Assembly (NCBI RefSeq): GCF_003704095.1
Contig: NW_020845073.1
Span: forward strand, 744,001 to 808,000
Length of the DNA stretch: 64,000 bases
Direction of reading: 5' to 3'
Source of the DNA: Pocillopora damicornis
Taxonomy: Eukaryota
The notes under the pieces are model-generated. The model made no database searches. It was given only the letters and a program-made list of their open reading frames with translations, and was not told the origin of the DNA. A program made the position numbers and the translations under genes. Position 1 is the first letter of the stretch, and the number at the start of each line of letters is the position of its first letter. Shown in pieces: positions 34,983 to 47,100 of this stretch.

Positions 34983-37900
34983 AGTGTCCCGTGCTACCTG
35001 ACAATGCATCTTTTCCTCGTAACCAAGATCTTCAGAATACCGATAAATGCCACAGAGTTGTGTCCATAGAGCTTCAAGCACTGTGTTAGCCAAGGAGACC
35101 ACCGTGAAGAGCTGTGTTTTACATTTTAACTTCCCTTGTGAAGCGCTATGATATCGTTTTAGGCTGAGTTGGTAGAAGAGTAATGGTTTGAGATCGGCCT
35201 TTGGCTTCATATGAAAAATATTTTCCCTTCTAAAAGGGTACAATTAAATTAAATTTAAGCTCATACTTAGAGCAATATAAATTATGAATGTCAGTTGTGC
35301 TCGGTGTCGGGCAAAAATTTGTACTAAAGAGAGAAGTATGCTTCACAATTTTGTAAACATTTTTGAGTGGTCTGACGTAGATGTTTCCATTTATGGTTCA
35401 CACCATTTCCTATGAAGTATGATTGAATTATCATAGAGTAATAGAGCAACTTGTAATTGAGTGTTGTAAGTAATCTGGGATTGCTTTGGTTTGGCTTGAC
35501 TTGTTCTATGATTGATGCAGAAAACTCACGCCACTTTCTAAACCAATCAGATTTAAAACTAAAACTAATCGCAACTTGGTCAGTCGCGTTTTCCCGCGCT
35601 TTACGCAGTTTGAATGTATCCTTATTGGCTCGCTGCGATATTTATATATATATTTCTTTTTTATTCGCTGTTGTGATTACTTTGGTTTCGGTTTTACGAC
35701 ACTCAATGGTAATCAGCGCTATTTATAGTGGCTTTGAGACTTTCTTAGATTTTGTTGGAAAAATTGGCATAATTTCTTCAGAAGAGGGAAGACATTTATC
35801 TTTCTTCTAAGAATGTCTCAAAACACTTCTTAAATGAGTTTTTCCTTGAAAGAGGCGTCCGCTAATATCTTTCAAAGTAGTTAATAATGAAACTGAAGTT
35901 ACTGCTGGGCAGTTAATCTTCTTATGGCTTTAAAGATTGAGAAATATCAAGATAAGCATAATTTTTGCTTAGTTCTCTTGTAAGCCTGCTTCTAAGACCA
36001 TCTGTGTCAGAACGGGCACATTTTTATCGGCGAAAGCTTTTTTAAGAAAATTATAGTTAAACATCTAATAAAGCCTAGTCATGTACAATTTAAGGCGTTC
36101 GATCAAAAGATTATTCTTGATAGCCCAAATTTAGGTCTGACTGGCAGAGCAAACTGAGATGAATTGTGGTAAAGAGGAGGGGGCCTGGTAAGTAAGTGGG
36201 TAGTTTTCGTCTAATGGCTGAATGCAAGTCCAGAGATCAGCCTTTGGAAGGGTTACGAGTCGAGTAGCGCGTTAGAGCTCTATTCTGTGTGTCCAAGTAA
36301 AAATATTCGTTTCCCTGGTATGTACTTTATTAAGTCAACCCTTTAACACCCCGAGGTAACTGTCATTTGATTTCTCCATGCGGTCCCAATGTAAAGATCG
36401 AATTCTCCTCTCTAATTTAGAATGACTTGGTAGAATTGTCAGTTGGTAGAATTACTGATTGGATCTTGAGAGTGAATGGGTTGAAAAGGACAGAAAAACG
36501 TTTCGGACCTTCTTTCTATCAGCTTTGCATAATGTACATGGTTTCTTTTGTGGGTACTATTTTAAAAGGAAAGGCACACTCTACGCTCTTAGTATGGTAA
36601 AACTATCTTACAGGTAAATTATTGCAGTGCAATCTGCCGAAAGCAAAGTATTTTTCGCATTTGTACAAATTGCCTTTAAATAAATGCAACGTACTTCTGT
36701 ATAGAACTTACTTCTTATTGGTCTCAGGTGTCATTTTGATGTTAACTTGTGTGAAATTTATTGAGTTAAATCTAAATCCAGAATCAAGTTTAAATGAAAG
36801 TCGGACGACCGACTTTCTCATCACAATTGGGGCAGGATCCGGTTAAATTTTAAACAGTGCGACAACTGCGATATAGCGATAGTAAAAAATGCTTTGGTTA
36901 TGTAATGATTTGTTGGTTATCACGGGGAATCCTGCGCCAAATTTGATAAATGTAGTGTATGTCGCTGGCATAGTGGTCCCACATCTCTGCTACAAAGGGC
37001 ACTCTACAGTATTGCCTTAATTGACACCAAACGCTCGAATTAGTGTTTGGGGCGCTTATTTCAAAGGGACACTTGTTTGCAGTCTTCTACCTTAGTAAGA
37101 CTTTGTCTTAGGTTCAAGTGAGCAAAACAAGTGATTCTTAAGAACATGACAAGAGCATAGATTTGATGTGGAACACAATTTGTATGCCAGGCGCAGATTT
37201 TTAGCGCGATTCACTGTTCGAAGTCCCAGTTAACCTGCAGATCTAGGTAAAGTCCAGGGTATAATTTTTTGCTAACGTCAAGTTCCATCGTCAAATATTT
37301 ACCAGCTCTAGGCGTCTAGAGCGGTCACATTTGTAAATAGATAGTATGCCTAAATACATTAAGTTTCACGGAATGTATTGCACGCCTTGCGCAAGAGACG
37401 GTCCGTCAACGCGCTGTCGGTAAGAATCGATTGTACGCATCGCCGTTTATTTCTCCTCTGTTGTTGCTCGCCGATAGAGAAAGTCGAATATAAGTAATTA
37501 TCAACATGGCTAAAAAAACAACTCGTTTTTTAAAAATTATTTCGCTTGCTTTTGGTCTGTTAAATAGATTACTAGTTTCCTAGTGGTATAATTGTCGCTG
37601 GGGACTGAGCTCTAGAAACTCCTTGTTAGGTCATTTGAATAATGGCCCAGTGTGCCCCTCGACGCTTTAGTGGAAAAGATGTCGGCAACTTTGTTGTTGT
37701 TTGAAGGCTTCTTGCAGGAGTATTTTGAATGAACTGCCGAAACCTCTCGCGCTGATGAATCAAAAAGCCGGTTTTGGTTGTTTGTTGTAATCATTGCCTT
37801 TCTGTTGAATTTTTTTCGTCGGTGAATGTTCAGTGTTTCGTGTCGCCGTACGCATCACCCCACGATTCTTTGTCGGTCTGCTTTTTCGGGAAGTGTAGGA

Positions 37901-38110
37901 GGTTTATTGGACAATTTTCGACCCTCTTGTGCTTGCCGACAATATAAACGTACAGACGTTTCTTTTGTGTGACAACTCTCTGAATACCGCCATACTTCAA
38001 CCGCTTATGAAGCGCTCTGGAAACCATTTTCATCACTGAGCATAACAACATTGGGAACATTTCAGCGACTGGAAGGATCGAAGTTTGGAAGCAAAGCGTT
38101 AGTACGTGAT

Positions 38111-41100
38111 ATGGAAATAGATGACATAGGTACGTCTTAACGGTGATGTATTCAGTTATTAGGTGTTGTGGCAACCGTCTTTTCAATTATGGTAACATTG
38201 CTAAAGTTTGCTTCGTCTTTCTTGTAGTAAGTACTATATGTGTAATTGAAGGTCGCGCGTGTCGAAGATATTCAAACGATCGCAATGTGTTCATATATCT
38301 GCAATTTTTCCTGTCAACGAGTTTCACAGATGTTTGTTTGACCTTGTCTCTGCGTTGAATGGCCTTCGTCGTTCTGGAGAGTTTTCGTTTTTAAGGTTAC
38401 TACTAGGGTTTTAAGCTTCAACGCGTTGTATTTGATCTAGTAAGCTTTGATGTTTCTCTTCGCCTTGTTTCATCTATCATGTTTGTCTCAACCTCTGAAA
38501 TTTTGACGCATTTTCCTAAACGTGTTTGGTCTGTCTTGACTCAAGCAAGACAGGTACTTGTCAGACAAGCACCATTCTGTAACAGCAAACATTCCATATA
38601 AGCCCATTACATGCCCTCTGCCTTCGTAAATATTTACTGTTTAAAGTTTCTAACTTCTTTTAAACCTGTCGCTAGTCACTCTTAAAAAAAGCATTTAAGG
38701 GTATAAAGATCTGTATATTCTATCATTCACTGACATTGTAGTCATTTAAGATAATTTCTGAAGTGCATAACTGCGTAGGAGAACGATTTTTTTGTTCATT
38801 TATGATTAGTGAAGACCAATTACAGTAATTAAAACTTTTTTCTTGATGTAAGATATGAAATTAAGCGTCAAAACTTGTCATCGTTGTTCTATGAAGGAGA
38901 TCAATAATCAGTTTGTTGTGCTGGTCTGATTGTGCTTTATCAGAAGCTCCACTTTCCTCTCAATCCTAAAAGTAGCTACCTCTAAAAAGTAGGTGTAAAT
39001 ATGATGCATGGAAAAAAGAAGCTGCCTCTGGAAAAGCATGCAATGACCTTGCAAAAGTAGTGACCTTAACACTTAAAACCCTTAGAGTGACTGGCATCAG
39101 ATTTCTCCTTACATTATCATCCCTGAATCACACATTAAGGTCATGAGAATAAAGGAAGTGATCACTAACCAAATAAGCTTTTGATTGGTAAACAAATTCT
39201 CCTTGTCGATACCTTAGGAAATGTATAAAGAGCAGTATGGAGAATATGCATACTGATTTTAGGGTGTAAAGGGTTAACAGCAGTTTTTGTTGTAAGCCAA
39301 GAAACAAGTACCTCCCATTTATATTTTTTCAGTTTGTTCCTACTTTTCTAATTTCTCATCAAAACATACACCAGGCTTTGTTCCAAAGCAGTTCTGTTTC
39401 CCCTTGAATGCATACAAGGGTGTATTCATTAACACAGTGTATTCTTTGTTTTACCTAGACGAGACATTCTTTGATAGAAACATAGATGAAATTGATGTGA
39501 GAGAAACTCCACAGTAAGTACATTTGGTTTTAGCATGTATTTATACCATCGTGTTAATGTTATATTATGTACATATATATATATTTGAACTTTGTTTTGA
39601 ATCAGTAGGATAGAAATGTCACTATAATTATTATCACTATATTCCAACATTTATTATGTTATAATGGAAACTGACATAAAGAAAGTTGTTTTTCATCTTT
39701 TCATGAGCATGAGACGAAGAAAAAATTCTGAGTCTTACACTTGTGACAAGACCAAAAACATCTTTCTCTATTTCTTTAATGAACTCAAAACTTACCATCT
39801 CTCTTATTCTATTTGAAACCAATATGTCATTTGACTTCATAAGCTTTTTTTTTTTTTGAGTGGCTTCCATACAGTCTATTAAATCTTAATTTATAACTTC
39901 ATTTTATATGTAGTCACTTCCCAAAGATAACCTTTCACTCCCAGGAGTGACCGATTAAGATTTTTTTCTTCAAGCATTATCAATATAATGTCAAGCGAAA
40001 GGGTGATTGGGCACCAAATTCTCAAAGCTTCAATTTGATGAAATGTTTTTCAGACTGTAAGGAAAAATTTTATTGAGATCTTGGGAGTGAAAGGGATATC
40101 TGTCATTTATAGTAAAGTTGCCTATGCTTACACAAGTAACGGGGTTTTCACTTGCAAGGAGATATGAAAAAGCCTTGGAATTGGCCTTGAGAGTAATGGT
40201 ATGAAGGGTCATAGAGAGCTATGGAAAACTATGGAATAATTGTTATCAGAGCAGTATAGCAATAAATACATTAAACAAAGGATGAGTGTCCTCATATTTT
40301 TGAAAAAGGTCACATCTTTAGTAAGTCAAATGAAAAGTTGAAAACATTGTGAATAAGGTCATGAATAGGCATTGAAGGAGGAGGAACCCTGATAAATAGT
40401 GAAAGTATTATCAAAATGAAGTCTACATTTTATAGATTTAAAGTGACAAATATAGGGCACTTTTTTCACCAGCCTGCAAGGTTTGTGTTTGTCTGGTAAA
40501 ATTGCTCATCCTCCATGCTAAGGAATCATGGGATTTGAGGATTGGTCATAGAAAGTTATATTCATAGAAAATGATTGAAAGTGAGGGTAATGATCCTTTT
40601 AGGAACAGTGAAAAAAGGAAATTTTTAATTGGTGATTGTTAAACATTATTCTGAAACAAATCTCATGATGTGAGGTCACGAAAAACCCATAAAACATTCA
40701 GAACAATCATGTTTTTTTTAAATGCATAAGAATGTGTAGGCTTATTAGGTTCTAGATTGTGATTCTTGTGATCTTTGTTTTTTAAAGCTGGGAACTTTCA
40801 GAGGAAGAAGAATCAGGAGGAAGTGATGTAGAGACATTGGTGAATCAACAACAGACTGGAGTAAGTATGACGGCAACTTTGACTATTTACTTTGGCATGG
40901 ACTGTGTATATATATATATAGGTAACCTTAGCGCAGTGCTTGGAGATTGAGAAAATTCTTGAAATTTATACTGAAATTGGATGAAGTTGAGGCTTTCTAA
41001 AACTTTGGAGAATTTTTGTAACCTTCTAAATGCTCTGAGAAAATTCCCTGCTGCCTTTGGATTGAAAAGAGAGCATCAACCATATTTACCCAATCTCATC

Positions 41101-44100
41101 CAAGAACAGCTTCAAAGATAATGCTCACAATGCCTATTTTTTTCATAAAAATTAATGTTTAACATATTTACTGTGCTGGATGCTGACCTATTCAGGTTTT
41201 TATTTGCATTGTTATCTTCGCTGGTCTGAGAAGTCGAGTCAGCTACTTTTACCATAGCCAGTGCAAAATTTCAATGATGCACAGTTGTGAGATGTGATTT
41301 ACTGTTTGGGCTGGAAATTACTCCCTTTTTCTTTGCCTAGCCTGAAAAATCAATAATATTTGAAAGCAGACTCTAATTAAAGTCACTTTCATTATGCTAC
41401 AATATTTATTTATAGAAGAGCTACTTGAAGTTCTTATTCAGCACACAAAAAAATACTGTTATCACATTTGTATTTTCTCTCTATAAACTAATTATTATTT
41501 CTCTAACTTGTGCATATTAATAGAAGAAAAAAGCAAGACAGCAGGTACCACATCAAGAGATGGCCCAAAGGAAAATTCCCACCTTACCACCCACATCTAA
41601 TCCAGGGAGAAACCTGCCTCTCAAACAAAATGGGTCCATTCCAAGTGTACCACAGACTCAAAGCCCTGCTATGAAAAGAAACTCTGATAATTCAGTTTCC
41701 TGTGGAAAAATACCCACTTTGCCTATGAATCCCAGTGTGGGAAAGAATGGTCAGGTGACAATGTCAGAGAAACAACCCATATCTCCAAGCTTGTACCGAC
41801 ATCCTCTGAAGAAGGAAAAAATTGATGCAATGGTGAAGGCCGCATACAATAATAAGGGAAATAGTGACTCTGTTAAGGTAATCAGGCTTTCTTGTATCTG
41901 CCAAATTTTGTGCATCTGTAACTTTTTACAATTTCAGTTTAATTGTCAATATGCTTGGCAAAGAGAATGTGGATAATGTACAACCAATTCTTAGTTTTAC
42001 AGACCTTTTACGAAACAAGTTAAAAATAGACACAGGGCAAAAAAATTGAACATTAGATTTTGGGTATGTGTATATTATAAAATGAAGTAGAGTATTGCAC
42101 ATTTTTATGTAGCCCAGCTATCACCACAGAGCTAAGAAAGCCTTTTTCTTCCTCCATAGGATTTTGGAGCCAGTGAAAGAGGAAAAATATCAGTTAAATC
42201 AAGCAAGAGTCAGGCTGCAGGAAACAGAGATAAAAAAGAAACTCTTGATGCTCGTATTTGGGATGAAGATGATGTGGATTCAGTGAAGGTAATGTTGTCA
42301 AATGTTAACTGATAAGTGTAAATGAACATGATTGTATTTTGTATCAAAGAAATAAAGTTTTTTTTTTTTTATATTTGGGGAAAATGTTGTTGCTGTTGCA
42401 TTATTATCTAATCAAGATATCGAACCCACTTTTATTTTGTAGGATTTTACAGGAAATGATCGCCAGAAGGAAGCAAAGTATATGGAGCGTACTGATGAGG
42501 CAATTTATCAGCGAGCTGCAGAGGAACACATTAGAAGACCGCCTCTTTGGCATGATGATGAGGTAGATTCTGTCAGGGTAGGTACTTGTCAAATGTAGTC
42601 CTTCTTATGCTTGGAATAAATTTAAAAATCCATGGTGGGAGATATACAATAGAAACTGTAGTTCTTTTACACTGTTCTTAATGTGATAATGTATTTTTTG
42701 ATGTAGTTTTTCCCACTCCTCTTGGTTTTAAGTTCTTTAAACATGGTGAAGATCCTGTGGGAAAAAAAAAACTTGATTATTATTGCCAAGAATACATCCA
42801 TTGTGCTACGTCTCTTCAAAACTCCATTTCCCTTTTTCACCATTATAGAAGCACATTACCTGTAACTCCAGAAGAGTATTTTCTAATTTTGAAATATTAT
42901 CCCTCAGGATTTCAGCCGTGTGTCTGGAAAACAAGAACCTCCATCAGGTTTAGCTAGTCAGCAACTGAGTAGGCTTCCTTCAGATGAGCACATATGTCTT
43001 TCTCCCCCCTGGAATGAAGAAGATGATGGACCTGTCAGGGTGGGTACATTGAATATACAGTACATTCTCTACACAGGTGTGCATGTGACTAACATTTTAG
43101 TCTCAGTAGATGTACTATATGGGCATGTGTGAGGGGCAGTGAGTCACTATTTTGTGTGAATGAAAACTTAACTGGAATTATTACTTAGTGAGATTGAAAC
43201 TTTGATTATCTTTCCAATCCTCAGCCATTTTATGGTTCCAAAATATTGTCAGAGGTGACTTGAGTTTGATTCAGGATTTTTTGTTTGTAACTTTGTGCAT
43301 AACTGTTTTTTTTTTAAGACAACAACAGTAACATGAAGTCAAAATCTTTATTTCCTTCAGCCATTTGTGACAGAAGAACCAGTTGCAAAGAACTTTAGCA
43401 TCAATAACATGGTGATAGAGGAACGTATGAGACAAGGACAGCCTCCCCCTTGGCATGAGGAAGATGAGAGAGATTCTACCAAGGTAGATACATATTTGTA
43501 CTGCACTCCAAAAGTAAAGTTATTCAGATTACTGATAGCATTGTCAACTTGAATATTATATGTACAAGCAGATATATTTCACAGAAACTCACTCAGCTGT
43601 GCAAGTTATTGGGGACATTCTTATTTTGCTCTGCTTTGCTTCCTGGTTTAGCTCCATGGTTACTGTGGGCGACTAGCGACAGATTCTATTTCTTTTTCTA
43701 TAATTTGATACGCTGCACATTACAGATGTTGTTGTTTTCACTTTGATATTCATGCACATGGTTTTAAACCGTTTCTCTGGTTTGTTGACTGTAACTTTAT
43801 CGACGTTTGATAATCAGTTGCCTGCATATAGAGAGAGCCAGCAGTCCGTATGGGTTTAACTTGATGTTTATGGTTAATTTTTTTTGTTTTACCTGCTGTA
43901 GGACTTTGCTGCCCAATATCGTAAAACAAGATCAATGGAAAACTCGCGCCGTCCTTCAGAAGAAAACATTTATCTGACTCCACCTTGGATGGAGGATGAT
44001 CGCCAGTCTTGTGGGGTGAGTACCTTCAATTGTCCACTTTGTAGGTAATTAATATTTGATAAACAACTAATTATTTTGCCAACCTGTGCTTGACTGTGCC

Positions 44101-47100
44101 CACTAAGTGCTGGTATCTAATTTGCTGCTGTGATTTATGATTTACAAACACCATAGTTCATCCTCTAAACGCAGTTATCAGTTTAATCGAGGCACTTGAA
44201 TTTTATAACATCTGCAAAAGGATCGGCAGCATATTAAAACTGGTTCTGCTTTTTTCGATTATATAGATAAGTGATTCCAAGCAAATCTTGCGATTTTTTT
44301 AGACATTTAGGACCTCAAGATGAATTTGTTGTGATTCAGTTTTATCCTTGGTTCAGTGATGGTTAATTTTTTGTTGCTTTTAAGTTCTTTTAACGCACTA
44401 TTAAAAGCACATAGGATAAATACAAATTTTAAACGAACGATGAGTTTGAGAGAGAGTATGTTAATAAGTTTTACCCTCAATCAGCTGTGAGGAGCCATTG
44501 CCGATAGTTAAAAACTTATAAACTCAACAATGTTTCAGCGTATTTATGTAATGCTGCTGTTAAAAATCTCACAGGGTCGGACCGGATCAGATCATTCTTC
44601 AAACCGATCGTACAGAATGACCCTGGAAGAACAGCGAGCTATTCAAGAGGAGGTCAGAAGCACAGGAATCGCAGAGGCAAGCGATAAAGTGCAAGTTCTC
44701 CGCGATGAAAAAGCCGCTGAGAAAACTGTTCAAGGAGTCGGACCACCTGTCCCGGGAGATAGTGGATTTTGTAGCGAGCAGGACCAGCATGCGCAGCAAG
44801 GACAAGGTATTCAGGCGCTTTACGTTTATCCTTTTTCGTTACCAGGAAGAGTAGTGGCACAACTGTCAGGGTGATGAAAATCAAGTCGGAGAAATTTTTT
44901 TTCGATCGTGTCATCAGACCGTCATCAAATTTTAAAGCCACTAATTCGAATCCAACAAGAGAATCACAGGGAACACGATTACATCTTTCTAAACATCTAA
45001 CAAAACAAATTTAACCATTTAGCAAATACATGTGCTTTGATATCGATTCATTAAGAGGACCATCGTTGGAATAAAACGATCAAATATCCACTGTGAAGTC
45101 TTGTCTAAATGCATCAGCCATGCTTTGTGAAAAATTGCCAGTGTTGTTTTAATGTACTAATGTGACTTGTTCCTCCACAGGACCCCCAGCTGATGGTGTA
45201 ACGAGTGAAGCTGTGCCACAGGGCGATCCACTAATTACCAAAGACATCGTTATCGTGGAGCCCCCGCAGGAAAAACAAACTCTTACTCAAGCCCAGGTCT
45301 CTAGTAAAGTTATGGCGGATACTTACAAGCCAGTTGCTTTGAATCCAGCTGACGATAGCAGGCTAGTCAATCAACCGTTACCTAGCAACAGGGATAGGCC
45401 GAGCAGATGCACTGGTCCACGTGAAGGGAGAAGTGGCCAAAACGAGAGAAATCATGGCGGCGTCGAAGGAGGAAACCATAATCGGGGCATCGCCAGGAGC
45501 ATCAGTCAGTCGAGTTTGGAAGCCATGTGTTATTCACCGCATGACGCTTTGGACGGCATGGAGACGTCCAGCCTGGTCAGTTTCGCCAGCACCGCGGCCA
45601 CTCACCACGACCTTGACACCCGAATCGACATGGTACAGTCTCTTTTGTCCATGCTAGGAACACATGACAAAGATGACATGTCACGAACTCTGTTGGCGAT
45701 GTCAAACAGCAAGGACAGTTGTGCAGCCATGAGGCAATCAGGATGTTTACCGCTTCTTATTGATCTGCTCCACGGTAAAGACTTTACGGACAAAAATTCG
45801 CGCCGTGAGGCTCGCGCGCGTGCTGGACTCGCTTTGCATAACATTGTCTACTCCAACGTGGAAGATAGGCGTGGTCGTCGCGAGATACGAGTTCTAAGAC
45901 TGCTGGAAATAGCGCGTGCGCACTGTGATGTTGTGCAGTTTAAAGGTTTAGCAGTACACCCCTGTGCGGAACGTTGGTATCCACCTCTGAGGGAATATGG
46001 GCCAGGTCCGGCCATTGCTGCCCTTATGAAGCTTTCGTTTGAAGAAGATCATCGCACGGCCATTTGCGAACTCGGTGGCCTTCAAGCTATCGCTGAACTC
46101 GTGCAGATCGATCACCAGGTGAATGGACAGTGCAAAGACTTCTACAGCATCAGTCTTCGTAAATATGCAGGCATGACAATTACCAATCTTACTTTCGGTA
46201 ATACGAAGAATAAGAGCTTGTTGTGCGGGATCCCAGGTGCTGTAGACGCCATTATCGCTCAGCTGAACACCATTGAAGAAGAAGAGATTATTCAAGTTTC
46301 TGCAAGTGTACTTAGAAACCTGTCTTGGAGAGCGGATGAATTTTGCCGCAAGACTCTTCGCGAAGCTGGTGCAGTGAAAGCGTTGTTGGCAGCGGCCCAA
46401 TCATTACAGGGCGAACCCGCCCTGAGAACAACCCTCAGTGCTCTTTGGAACCTGTCAGCTCATTGCTCGGATAACAAGGCAGAGATTTGTGCGGCACCAG
46501 GCGCCCTGAATTTCTTCGTCAGGTGTCTCAACTACTCGAGTCCCTCTGGTAACATTTCCGTGGTAGAGAGCAGCGGAGGAATTTTGAGGAATCTTTCGTC
46601 ACACATTGCCGTGCGTCCCGACTATCGTAAAACCCTCAGGGATTGCGGCTGCTTTCAGATAATGCTCACTCAACTACGTTCGCCAAGCCTAAGAGTCGTC
46701 AGTAATGTGTGTGGTGCCTTGTGGAACCTGTCGGCTCGGTGCGTCGAGGATCAGGAGCTCCTCTGGGAGCTCGGTGCTGTGTCTCTGTTCAAGTCGCTTA
46801 TCAATTCGAAGCACAAAGCCATTGCCCAGGCCTCAGCTGCAGCCTTACGAAATTTGATGGCTGTGAAGCCAGGAAGTTCTACTGATAACGAGTCAACATC
46901 ATCCCGTGCAGCCAGACACTATCGCAGTATGCCTGCGAATATGCGATCAGCAGAGGCACAAGCTAGAATTAAAAGTGATCCAGCTAGAGTGTTAAACAGT
47001 TCTTCGAGAACTCAGTCTCCAATACCCCAAGGCCAGGCTACCCAGCCTCCACTTTCCACGCGTCAAGCTGCAAAGCAGGATCACGAAGCTTCCTCTCACC

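Noticed and set aside
40788-40801. Upstream AG at 40786-40787 as the acceptor of APC exon 2
   Set aside because: It needs a phase-2 donor that I could not find. The AG at 40800-40801 joins the 38111-38129 exon in frame (MEIDDIEEEESGGSD), so I used that.
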